Below, in pieces: positions 56,865-64,000 of a DNA stretch of 64,000 nucleotides. Position 1 is the stretch's first letter. Every line of letters starts with the position of its first letter. The stretch spans positions 84,015-148,014 of the forward strand of contig JBNASH010000035.1 in NCBI GenBank assembly GCA_049720475.1, given 5' to 3'. Made by a program: the position numbers and the translations under genes. The notes beneath the pieces are model-generated. The model ran no database searches and was not told the origin of the DNA. It worked only from the letters and a program-made list of their open reading frames with translations. This stretch comes from Minisyncoccia bacterium (GTDB lineage: Bacteria; Patescibacteriota; Minisyncoccia; UBA6257; JAAZHW01).

Positions 56865-57203
56865 TTAAAAAGATGCTTCCAACGCTCGATAGTTGTTGCC
56901 GCTTTGACCAATAGATTTAATTTGAGTACCAGTAGGAAGAGTTGAAACAGAAACATCATACGAAGAACCATTAATCATTGTTGGAGATTCGATAATTTCA
57001 TTTTTTATCTTTTCAAATAATTTCCATTCTAAACCACTTTCGGCAGCATACAAAGCTTTAATCGATTCTCCAGTAAAAACCATTGATCGTAATTCATATA
57101 AAACCAAACTGCCCAAAGCCATCGCAATCAAAAAAGCGGCGCTCAAAATTAAAATTGTAATAAGCATTGCTTGACCTTTATTATTGTTAAATTTCTTGTT
57201 CAT
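56865..57203 (-). CDS. minor pilin/pseudopilin-like protein (start trimmed to MNKKF)
   Basis: N-terminal KGQAMLITILILSAAFLIAMALG hydrophobic segment; last gene in a run of prepilin-type genes. Confidence 0.45.
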   Translation of the reverse strand: MNKKFNNNKGQAMLITILILSAAFLIAMALGSLVLYELRSMVFTGESIKALYAAESGLEWKLFEKIKNEIIESPTMINGSSYDVSVSTLPTGTQIKSIGQSGNNYRALEASF

Positions 57204-57204
57204 T

Positions 57205-57714
57205 TTATGTTTCTGGTTGACGACTGCTAATAGTTGTTTGAATATTGCTTTCAATTTGTCTCCGACCAGCATAAGAAGCAACTTTTAATAAAATAGTGAC
57301 TTTAACTTGTTGACCATCATTCCGCTCATTTCCTTTAATAATAAATCGTAAAGATAATACGCGGACATCAGGCGAAGTTAAAGTTTTAAATGGCCCGCCT
57401 CCTATTGACCGCTCAATCTGCTGAGTGTCTGGATTTAAACGATAAACAATAGCGTCATTATTAACGTTTAAAAAATTAATAGTATCTTCTGTGGGCACAA
57501 AAAAACTCTTACCCATCCGAATTTCCCTACCCATAACTTCCAAAGCATAGGCAAGATTAGCTGTGCCATTAATTGAAGCCAAAAGATAACGCTGGGTGCG
57601 CAAACTGGTTAAAAAAGTAGCAGTAGTAATACTAATAATTGTCAAAAATATCGCTGTAGCCACCAATATCTCAATTAAAGTAAAACCTTTTGATTGTAAT
57701 TGTTTTTTTCTCAT
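57205..57714 (-). CDS. prepilin-type N-terminal cleavage/methylation-domain protein (type IV pilus minor pilin / pseudopilin)
   Basis: KGFTLIEILVATAIFLTIISI, the G|FTLIE class III signal with Glu+5. Confidence 0.7.
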   Translation of the reverse strand: MRKKQLQSKGFTLIEILVATAIFLTIISITTATFLTSLRTQRYLLASINGTANLAYALEVMGREIRMGKSFFVPTEDTINFLNVNNDAIVYRLNPDTQQIERSIGGGPFKTLTSPDVRVLSLRFIIKGNERNDGQQVKVTILLKVASYAGRRQIESNIQTTISSRQPET

Positions 57715-58238
57715 TAGTCAGAAAGCCAATTGTATAGATGATCTTCGACCACAATATTAAAAGAACCGCCGCGATTAGTCCAAGTGACAATTGATTGAAC
57801 CCTAATATGATCGGGAGAAATAGGATCAATATTAATTTGCCGAATATAACGAGTAAGTGCGCCGGAATCATAATTATAGATGCCATTAGCAGTGTCCAAT
57901 TTTAATGGTTCGCCCGTATAAGGTCTTAAACTTAAATCATCATATTGGACTTGATAAGTACCAGCTGATAATCCTTCATTCCAATTTTTATTCTGTAAAA
58001 TATTATTGTCGCGAATGTTTCTCACAATTTCAATTCCTTCCTGAGCCAAATATGAAGCGATCAATCGACTATAGGCTAAATCATGAAAAATTAATGAACG
58101 ATTAATTAAAGTTAGCATACCAATAAAACTTACCAAAATCACCCCAATGGCTACCATTACTTCAATAATACTAAACCCATTTTTAATTGTTTTAATCTTC
58201 CCTCTCATTTTAATTTTAATAAGCCCACGTTTGACCAA
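57714..58238 (-). CDS. prepilin-type N-terminal cleavage/methylation-domain protein
   Basis: NGFSIIEVMVAIGVILVSF. Confidence 0.7.
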   Translation of the reverse strand: MVKRGLIKIKMRGKIKTIKNGFSIIEVMVAIGVILVSFIGMLTLINRSLIFHDLAYSRLIASYLAQEGIEIVRNIRDNNILQNKNWNEGLSAGTYQVQYDDLSLRPYTGEPLKLDTANGIYNYDSGALTRYIRQINIDPISPDHIRVQSIVTWTNRGGSFNIVVEDHLYNWLSD

Positions 58239-58749
58239 TAGAATTGATATAAACTTTAAAAGCTGGTTCGGTGTCTGCTAAATAATTAAAAACTACTTCC
58301 ACTTCTTCAATCTCATCTTGTTTTTCAGCGGCTTGGCCATCAAAATAAACAAAGGGTTGCGGTGGCATAAAAAACACCTCTTGAACATTAGTGTTAGACA
58401 AGGTAAACCGCTGAGGAACTTTAATAACTTCAACATCTTGGGTTTGAGCTTGATTGCGTAAATGAGAAGAAATATCACAATTAGATGAAACATCGGTAAA
58501 AATAATGTATTGGTTATTAGTAACATCAAAATAAATGCCATAACCACAAGTTAACTGTCCTTGCCAGGTTGCAGCAGTAATCGCTAAATTTTTTACTCGA
58601 TTAATGTCTGAGACAATCTGTGCTCGAACGCGCATAATTTCACCAATTTTCTCGCCCTGCCGGCTATAAACCAACAAAAGCCCGCTTAATAAAGCGCTTA
58701 CTCCTAAAACAACAAGAATTTCCACCAACGTATAACCTCTATTTTTCAT
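58216..58749 (-). CDS. prepilin-type N-terminal cleavage/methylation-domain protein
   Basis: RGYTLVEILVVLGVSALL. Confidence 0.7.
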   Translation of the reverse strand: MKNRGYTLVEILVVLGVSALLSGLLLVYSRQGEKIGEIMRVRAQIVSDINRVKNLAITAATWQGQLTCGYGIYFDVTNNQYIIFTDVSSNCDISSHLRNQAQTQDVEVIKVPQRFTLSNTNVQEVFFMPPQPFVYFDGQAAEKQDEIEEVEVVFNYLADTEPAFKVYINSIGQTWAY

Positions 58750-58860
58750 TATTTTTATTTTAACCTATTTTTTATCCACAAGCAATTTGTTTGACAATCT
58801 TTTTTGAGTTATAATAAAAATGAATCAAGGTCGATTTTAATTTTGCTTTAAAGCTTTCTA

Positions 58861-58977
58861 TGGACGAACTCAATCAAAATCCAGTGCAAGAAACAAAACC
58901 AAAGAAAAAATTAACCTGGCTTTGGATTGTTCTTGCAATTATTATTATCTTAGCAATTATCTACTTCGTTTTATAAA
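58861..58977 (+). CDS. possible 38-aa single-TM micropeptide (MDELNQNPVQETKPKKKLTWLWIVLAIIIILAIIYFVL), absent from the ORF track
   Basis: Hand-translated. It ends 2 nt before the next ORF's ATG. TTGACA lies ~65 nt upstream. Confidence 0.3.
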
Positions 58978-58979
58978 AT

Positions 58980-59486
58980 ATGGCTGAGATTACTATAACC
59001 AAAAAATCGAATAAAGCTCTTCTCTGGATTGTCATCATAATCGTGATTATTTTGGTTGGTGTGGCTGGCTATTTTTATGGCCGACAAAGCGCAGTTCAAA
59101 ATCAAACAACCGTTAATGCTCCGATTCGAAGTGAAGCGAGTTTAGAAACTTGGGATTATCGCGATGTCCCACCAGAAATCTTTCCAAAAGATTTTCCATT
59201 TGAATCTGGAACGCGCTTGACTGAATCAAGAAAAACCCAAGATAAAGATAGTGGAGATACAACTGCTCACATTGCTTATTATTCCAAAAAACCAATTGGC
59301 GAATTGATTAACACTTTCAAGAATTATCTGAGCAACAATGGTTGGACGATTATTAATGATACTTCTAGTGGCGAAATTTATAATTTATATGCCCGCAAAG
59401 GAAAAGAAGATATGAATATTAGAATGCGCTTTGACCCAACCGGTTTAGGATTAAGAGTGGAAGTAGATTACCTTTTGCATCGCTAG
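58980..59486 (+). CDS. membrane-anchored hypothetical protein
   Basis: N-terminal TM LLWIVIIIVIILVGVAGYFYG; a terminator follows. Confidence 0.5.
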   Translation: MAEITITKKSNKALLWIVIIIVIILVGVAGYFYGRQSAVQNQTTVNAPIRSEASLETWDYRDVPPEIFPKDFPFESGTRLTESRKTQDKDSGDTTAHIAYYSKKPIGELINTFKNYLSNNGWTIINDTSSGEIYNLYARKGKEDMNIRMRFDPTGLGLRVEVDYLLHR

Positions 59487-59512
59487 AAACTAAAGCTTAT
59501 TTGAAAGAAAAA

Positions 59513-59538
59513 AGAGCCGCTCTGGCTCTTTTTTCTTT
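59513..59538 (+). terminator. intrinsic terminator (AGAGCC-gctct-GGCTCT + T-run)
   Basis: Read directly. Confidence 0.55.
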
Positions 59539-59585
59539 ATTGACAATCATTTTATTTTTGCTATATTAATTAAGTATTTATTAGT

Positions 59586-59984
59586 ATGAATTTTAAAAGC
59601 ATAAAAATTTCAAAACAAATTGAATTGGCTCTGCGCTGGTTGATATTTTTAGCCAAAAATAATAAAAGCGGATTTATTAATCTCCGCTCTTTTTGTAATC
59701 AAAATAAAGTTTCTTTCTATCATCTTCAAAAAATTAATCGCCAATTGGTTAAAAACAAAATTATTGAATCACAAAAAGGGAAAACTGGCGGTTATCGCTT
59801 AAAAAAATCACCTGCTAAAATCTCCTTGCGAGAAATTATTGAAATTCTTGAAGGTCCAATTGCTTTAATTTCCTGCCCACCAATTTGCTCAGTAAAAACC
59901 TGCTCCCTTAAAAATTGCTGGCAAAATTTAAATAAAGATTTAGCTAAAAAATTAGGTCAAATTAAATTATCCCAATTTTTATGA
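59586..59984 (+). CDS. Rrf2-family transcriptional regulator (IscR-like, three-Cys cluster ligands)
   Basis: N-terminal wHTH and CPPICSVKTCSLKNC. Confidence 0.8.
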   Translation: MNFKSIKISKQIELALRWLIFLAKNNKSGFINLRSFCNQNKVSFYHLQKINRQLVKNKIIESQKGKTGGYRLKKSPAKISLREIIEILEGPIALISCPPICSVKTCSLKNCWQNLNKDLAKKLGQIKLSQFL

Positions 59985-61180
59985 AACGCTATTATTTTGA
60001 CTATGCCGCTACCACGCCAGTCAAAAAAGAAGTCATAAAAGAAATGGCTGATTTTTGGAGTAAATATTTCGGCAATCCTTCTTCTTTATACTCCGAAGGA
60101 AGAATTGCACGACAGGCTATTCTAAACGCCCGCCAAAAAATAGCAAAAATTTTAAAAGTTAATCCCTCAGAGATCATTTTTACCAATGGCGGAACGGAAT
60201 CGATTAATCTGGCTCTTTTAGGCATCAGTCGTTTTTATCGCCATGAATTAAAAAATCCTCAAATCATTGTTTCTAAAATCGAACATCCTGCCGTTTTGGA
60301 AACAGCTAAATATCTGGAAAGTGAGGGCTTCAAAATTATTTATCTTGATGTTGACAAAAAAGGTCTGGTAAAAATCCCGGAGCTAAAAAAACATCTCAAT
60401 CAAAATACTTTGCTTGTTTCAATAATGTATGCCAACAACGAAATCGGCACTATCCAACCCATTCCCAAAATTGCCAAAATTATAAAAGCTTTCCGTAAAA
60501 AAAACCAAACCATCTTCCCAATTTTTCACACTGACGCCTGCCAAGCCGCTGGTTATTTAAATATTGAGCCAAAAAAACTTGGCGTTGATTTGCTATCGCT
60601 AAATGGCAGCAAAATTTATGGACCCAAAGCCACGGGCCTGCTTTATAAAAAAGAAGATATTCAATTAACACCAATAATTTTTGGCGGCGGTCAAGAAAAA
60701 GGTTATCGTTCTGGTACCGAAAATGTTCCAGGTATTGTTGGTTTTGCCAAGGCCCTGGAATTAGCCCAAAAAGAAAAAGACAAAGAAGCAAAAAGATTAA
60801 AAGTTTTGCGCGATTATTTAATTAAAGAAGTTTTGCAAAAAATTCCTAAAGTTTTAATTAATGGCGATTTAAAAAATCGTTTGCCTAACAATATTAACTT
60901 TTCTATTCTTGATATTGAAGGCGAGGCATTAATTTTAAAATTAGATGAATACGGCATTGCCGCCTCCACTGGCTCAGCTTGCCATTCCGGCAGTTTAAAA
61001 CCATCGCATGTTTTAGAAGCACTCGGCTTGCCTCATGAATTCATTCATGGCAGTTTAAGAATTACGCTGGGGCATCAAACAACCAAAAAGGATATTGATT
61101 ATCTTATTAAAACTTTACAAAAAGTCGTTAATGAATTGCGGGAACTATCTCCTCTCGCTCTAAAAATCAAAAAATGGTAA
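59981..61180 (+). CDS. iscS: cysteine desulfurase (NifS/IscS family)
   Basis: PLP-lysine context SLNGSKIYGPKATG and an active-site Cys region SGSACHSGS. Confidence 0.9.
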   Translation: MKRYYFDYAATTPVKKEVIKEMADFWSKYFGNPSSLYSEGRIARQAILNARQKIAKILKVNPSEIIFTNGGTESINLALLGISRFYRHELKNPQIIVSKIEHPAVLETAKYLESEGFKIIYLDVDKKGLVKIPELKKHLNQNTLLVSIMYANNEIGTIQPIPKIAKIIKAFRKKNQTIFPIFHTDACQAAGYLNIEPKKLGVDLLSLNGSKIYGPKATGLLYKKEDIQLTPIIFGGGQEKGYRSGTENVPGIVGFAKALELAQKEKDKEAKRLKVLRDYLIKEVLQKIPKVLINGDLKNRLPNNINFSILDIEGEALILKLDEYGIAASTGSACHSGSLKPSHVLEALGLPHEFIHGSLRITLGHQTTKKDIDYLIKTLQKVVNELRELSPLALKIKKW

Positions 61181-61830
61181 AAAAGAAAAAAACAAAAGAA
61201 ATTGATATTCTCTCCGGCGCGCCATGGGTTTACAGCAAAAAAGTGCGCGAGCATTTTTTGCACCCCAAAAATTTTATGAAGTTCGGCGAGGAAGAAAAAT
61301 TTAAATATAATGCGGTAGGAATGATTGGCAGTCCGGCTTGCGGCGATGTAATGAAAATTTGGTTATGGATCGATCCTAAAACTGAAAAAATTAAAAAATG
61401 CCGCTGGCGCACCTTTGGCTGCGCTTCAGCCATTGCCTCAACTTCAGTTTTATCAGAGATGATAACTAGAAAAGGTGGAATGAAATTAGAAGACGCTCGA
61501 AAAATTACTCCCGATCAAATTATCAAAGAATTGGGTGGTTTGCCAGCAATTAAATATCACTGTTCTGTTTTGGGTGATAAAGCTTTGCGCGATGCTATTA
61601 ATGATTATTATCGCCGCACAAAACAATATGACAAAATCGAACCAGAAGGCAGCCGCATTATTGATAAAGTTTTAAAAATTACCGAACGCGACATCGAAAA
61701 AGCTGTTATTGAAGGCGCTAAAACATTGGAAGAAGTCCAAGAAAAAACTAAAGTTGGTTTTGGCGATCCTAGTTGTTTGCCATTAGTTGAGGAATTAATT
61801 CGTTTTTATCGCGAAAAATATAATTTATAG
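61174..61830 (+). CDS. NifU/IscU-type Fe-S scaffold with a ~80-aa C-terminal extension
   Basis: GSPACGDVM, FGCASAIAS and HCS motifs of the U-type scaffold. Confidence 0.75.
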   Translation: MVKKKKTKEIDILSGAPWVYSKKVREHFLHPKNFMKFGEEEKFKYNAVGMIGSPACGDVMKIWLWIDPKTEKIKKCRWRTFGCASAIASTSVLSEMITRKGGMKLEDARKITPDQIIKELGGLPAIKYHCSVLGDKALRDAINDYYRRTKQYDKIEPEGSRIIDKVLKITERDIEKAVIEGAKTLEEVQEKTKVGFGDPSCLPLVEELIRFYREKYNL

Positions 61831-61844
61831 GTCGCTTAATTTTT

Positions 61845-62045
61845 TTGATTATGAAAAAAGTTAAAATTAACAAAGAAAAATGTCTTGGTTGCGGTTCTTG
61901 CACTTTTATTTATCCAGAAATGTTTTATTTGGATGATGATGGAAAAGCCAATGTTAAAGAAATAAAAAAAATTAATGAAGAAAAATTACAATCAGCGGTT
62001 GAATCATGCCCGGTTGAAGCCATTGAAATTGAGGAGAAAAAATAA
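61845..62045 (+). CDS. small [4Fe-4S] ferredoxin
   Basis: CLGCGSC...(x)n...CP, a single-cluster ferredoxin pattern; 66 aa. Confidence 0.7.
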   Translation: MIMKKVKINKEKCLGCGSCTFIYPEMFYLDDDGKANVKEIKKINEEKLQSAVESCPVEAIEIEEKK

Positions 62046-62067
62046 TTTAAATTTTTTTGAAAAATAA

Positions 62068-62110
62068 AAAGCCCCTCGACCTTTTAGTCTCGGGGCTTGT
62101 GTTTTTTTCA
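62068..62110. terminator. bidirectional terminator (GCCCC..GGGGC hairpin flanked by T-runs on both strands)
   Basis: Read directly. Separates the AT-rich fdx gene from the GC-richer minus-strand gene. Confidence 0.5.
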
Positions 62111-63532
62111 AAACCTAAGGAGGATTCCCCCTTGGATTCGCCAAGGGGAAATTTCAAGAGGAAGAATATTCGTGTTCGTGTTGCTGAGCAGCCGGCGGCC
62201 CTGAACAAAAAGAGGACCGAGCTCCAAGGAAAGCCCTATGTAAGGGCATGTTGAAGTGGTCCTAAATTTTTCAACCACTTCAACACAATTCTCCTTGGTT
62301 AAAGCCTCCTCTTTGAACGGATACAACTTTGTGTAAGTTGTATCCGTGATCCTGGTTCCCCTGTGGACCCTCCACAAGATTCCACCCTCCGGATCAATAT
62401 TCAAATTCTTCCCCAACTGCAGCTGGTATTTAATCCCAGCTGTGAACTCTTGAATCCGGACATTCTCCCGGATCAAGAGCTCGTTCCAATCTCGATGGAG
62501 TCCCACATAATAAACATATGTGGGAGGACAAGTGGTAGTCGAACTACTGCCATATTCCCCCAACAGCCTCATTTCATCAATTACCATACTCTCTTTCCCT
62601 TCATATTGGGAAAAAGAGTATTTTCCCACTTGGAAATAAGATCCACCAATGAACAGGTTTTTCCATATCTCTAATTCTACCTCCACATAGAAGGGAAAAT
62701 TTTTTCCCTTCTGAAAATTCACGACATTATGCTGCCAGAGTAAAACACTCTGGCCGAGTGCAAAAGGCACGCCATTACTCTGCGTATAGTACCACATGGC
62801 GGTCCCGTCTTCGCAATAGAAGACGGAATCACCTTGAGGAACAAGAGAAAAGAAGTCAAAGCGCTCAGTGGAATAATCAACGGAGTCTGGCAATTTCATC
62901 CCTGCCCAACCGGCCCCCACTTTAATTTTTACCGTGGGAGACCACGTCTTTACTGTCGGAACTGGCTTCGGCGTTAAAACCGGCTGAGGTTGAGGTTGAG
63001 GAGCTGGCGGCTGAACTGGAGGAATTATTACCGGTTGCTCTTTTTGTTCTTTCTTCTCTTCAGCAACTGGTTTCACCGGCGCTTCTCTCATTTCGAGAAG
63101 CGCGATATTACCGCACCGAACAGGAATAATGAAGGTAAATTCCTTCCCTTCCACTTCCAACTTGAACTGGTACGCCTGGAAGGACTCTATTCCTGCCCAG
63201 CGCAAACCTTTAAGCAATCTCCCTTTTGAATACATCATCCAAAACATTTTCTGACCTGGCTGAACTTCAACCAGATCAAGCCGTAACTGATCGAGCTGCT
63301 CATAGAGAGCAGCATAGGTCGCTTCCCCCAAGGCGCCGCCGGGGAAGTAATCCAGGGCCCTACCTACCTCTTCATTCACCTTTTTCAAGAGGTTCTTCAC
63401 CTCTTGGGGTGATTGAAGATAGGGGCTCAACGGGGCCCTTCCTAACTGTCTTAATTCCAACTCCTGTCCAACTGCCGCTGTCACCAGCGACAGCACCAGA
63501 CAAAAAACCAAAAAAATTCCTCGTTTTTTCAT
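62108..63532 (-). CDS. secreted protein with Pro-rich linker and C-terminal beta-rich domain ending ...GGILLRF (outer-membrane beta-barrel-like C-terminal signature); compositionally foreign
   Basis: Signal peptide MKKRGIFLVFCLVLSLVTAAVGQ. A PVIIPPVQPPAPQPQPQPVLTPKPVP linker. Alternating hydrophobic C-terminus with terminal Phe. Codon usage (CTG, CCG, GAG, CTC) and G+C visibly higher than the rest of the window. Strong SD AAGGAGG 7 nt before the ATG. Confidence 0.6.
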   Translation of the reverse strand: MKKRGIFLVFCLVLSLVTAAVGQELELRQLGRAPLSPYLQSPQEVKNLLKKVNEEVGRALDYFPGGALGEATYAALYEQLDQLRLDLVEVQPGQKMFWMMYSKGRLLKGLRWAGIESFQAYQFKLEVEGKEFTFIIPVRCGNIALLEMREAPVKPVAEEKKEQKEQPVIIPPVQPPAPQPQPQPVLTPKPVPTVKTWSPTVKIKVGAGWAGMKLPDSVDYSTERFDFFSLVPQGDSVFYCEDGTAMWYYTQSNGVPFALGQSVLLWQHNVVNFQKGKNFPFYVEVELEIWKNLFIGGSYFQVGKYSFSQYEGKESMVIDEMRLLGEYGSSSTTTCPPTYVYYVGLHRDWNELLIRENVRIQEFTAGIKYQLQLGKNLNIDPEGGILWRVHRGTRITDTTYTKLYPFKEEALTKENCVEVVEKFRTTSTCPYIGLSLELGPLFVQGRRLLSNTNTNILPLEISPWRIQGGILLRF

Positions 63533-63579
63533 CTAAAACCTCCTTAAAAATTTTTTTTATCCTTTTAAAGGACTGCCTA

Positions 63580-63608
63580 AATTCTACTTACTTTTATGAT
63601 TTTGTCAA
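63580..63608 (-). promoter_or_regulatory. near-consensus sigma70 promoter TTGACA-17-TAGAAT driving the high-GC gene
   Basis: Read on the minus strand, ~45 nt upstream of the ATG. Confidence 0.5.
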
Positions 63609-63617
63609 GAAAAAGAA

Positions 63618-63648
63618 AGGCGGGCGAAGCTTTGCTTCGCCCGCCCCA
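63618..63648 (-). terminator. intrinsic terminator for the kamA-like gene (GGCGGGCGAAGC-aaag-GCTTCGCCCGCC + T-rich)
   Basis: Perfect 12-bp GC-rich stem. Confidence 0.6.
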
Positions 63649-63661
63649 TTTCCCTCGCTTT

Positions 63662-64000
63662 TTATATCACCTTATGCCTCTTTCCCAAAAAATCTTTGAA
63701 CGTTTTTTTATTAAACTCCCAAAATTCCAAAGGAACAGGAATTTTACCGCTGCCATTCGGCGTATCAATCACATAAGTCGGCCAAGCCAATCCCGATAAA
63801 TTTTTTCTTAACTTCGTTGCGATTTTAATTTCTTTTTCAAATGGCACACGAAAATGTTCAATGCCTTTCACCGGATCGCAACGATAAAGATAATAAGGTT
63901 TAACTCCAATCTCAATTAAACGCGAAAACAATTCATACAAAACTTCATAAGAATCATTAACGCCTTTTAAAAAAACACTTTGACTATACAAAATTGCTCC
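63662..64000 (-). CDS. lysine 2,3-aminomutase / EpmB-like radical-SAM protein, C-terminal part only (gene continues beyond the window edge)
   Basis: GVKPYYLYRCDPVKGIEHFRVP...GLAWPTYVIDTPNGSGKIPV matches the conserved KamA/EpmB C-terminal region. Confidence 0.7.
   Translation of the reverse strand, partial: GAILYSQSVFLKGVNDSYEVLYELFSRLIEIGVKPYYLYRCDPVKGIEHFRVPFEKEIKIATKLRKNLSGLAWPTYVIDTPNGSGKIPVPLEFWEFNKKTFKDFLGKRHKVI

Noticed and set aside
62057-62254. 65-aa plus-strand ORF at the edge of the high-GC segment
   Set aside because: Overlaps the bidirectional terminator and the 3' end of the minus-strand OMP-like gene; no start context.

Overview
The window is an AT-rich stretch of densely packed, mostly short genes, and most genes lack a Shine-Dalgarno sequence. 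I infer from this a small-genome Patescibacteria/CPR-like bacterium; there is no direct taxonomic evidence. Reading from the start, the supported features are: a cytoplasmic (group-3-like) [NiFe] hydrogenase small and large subunit pair with hypC. Next is tRNA-His(GUG), followed by a roughly 2.8 kb island of small genes that all carry strong SDs and their own promoters and terminators (a Cys-rich peptide, a mini MFP-like protein, and a paralog pair flanked by a duplicated terminator-promoter module). Then rny, hup, an ECF sigma factor, and rpmH-rnpA-yidD-yidC-jag. An ~11.6 kb minus-strand cluster of membrane and secreted proteins follows, which looks like a type IV secretion-like (T4SS) apparatus: a VirB4-like ATPase split by a single in-frame TAA, a VirB6-like polytopic protein, a VirB2/TrbC-like pilin candidate, a small 2-TM protein, and a secreted Cys-repeat protein. 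After that come rsmA, pcrA, a LysM/M23 peptidase, comM, a DksA/TraR-like protein, rplT-rpmI-infC, tmRNA with smpB, rtcB, a GT2 membrane glycosyltransferase, tRNA-Arg(CCG), an LD-carboxypeptidase, two coiled-coil proteins, tRNA-Ile(UAU), ftsH, a hexapeptide-repeat protein, and a 1400-aa secreted protein with a zinc phospholipase-C-like domain and lamin-tail-like domains. The remainder holds leuS, gpmI, RNase P RNA (minus strand, with promoter and terminator), a RodZ-like protein, ftsK, gatA-gatC, ligA, four prepilin-type pseudopilin genes, and an Rrf2-iscS-nifU-ferredoxin operon. Near the end is a compositionally foreign, higher-GC gene cassette encoding an outer-membrane-beta-barrel-like protein with a near-consensus sigma70 promoter and a strong SD, followed by a partial kamA/epmB-like gene cut by the window edge. 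No CRISPR array, transposase or integrase was seen.
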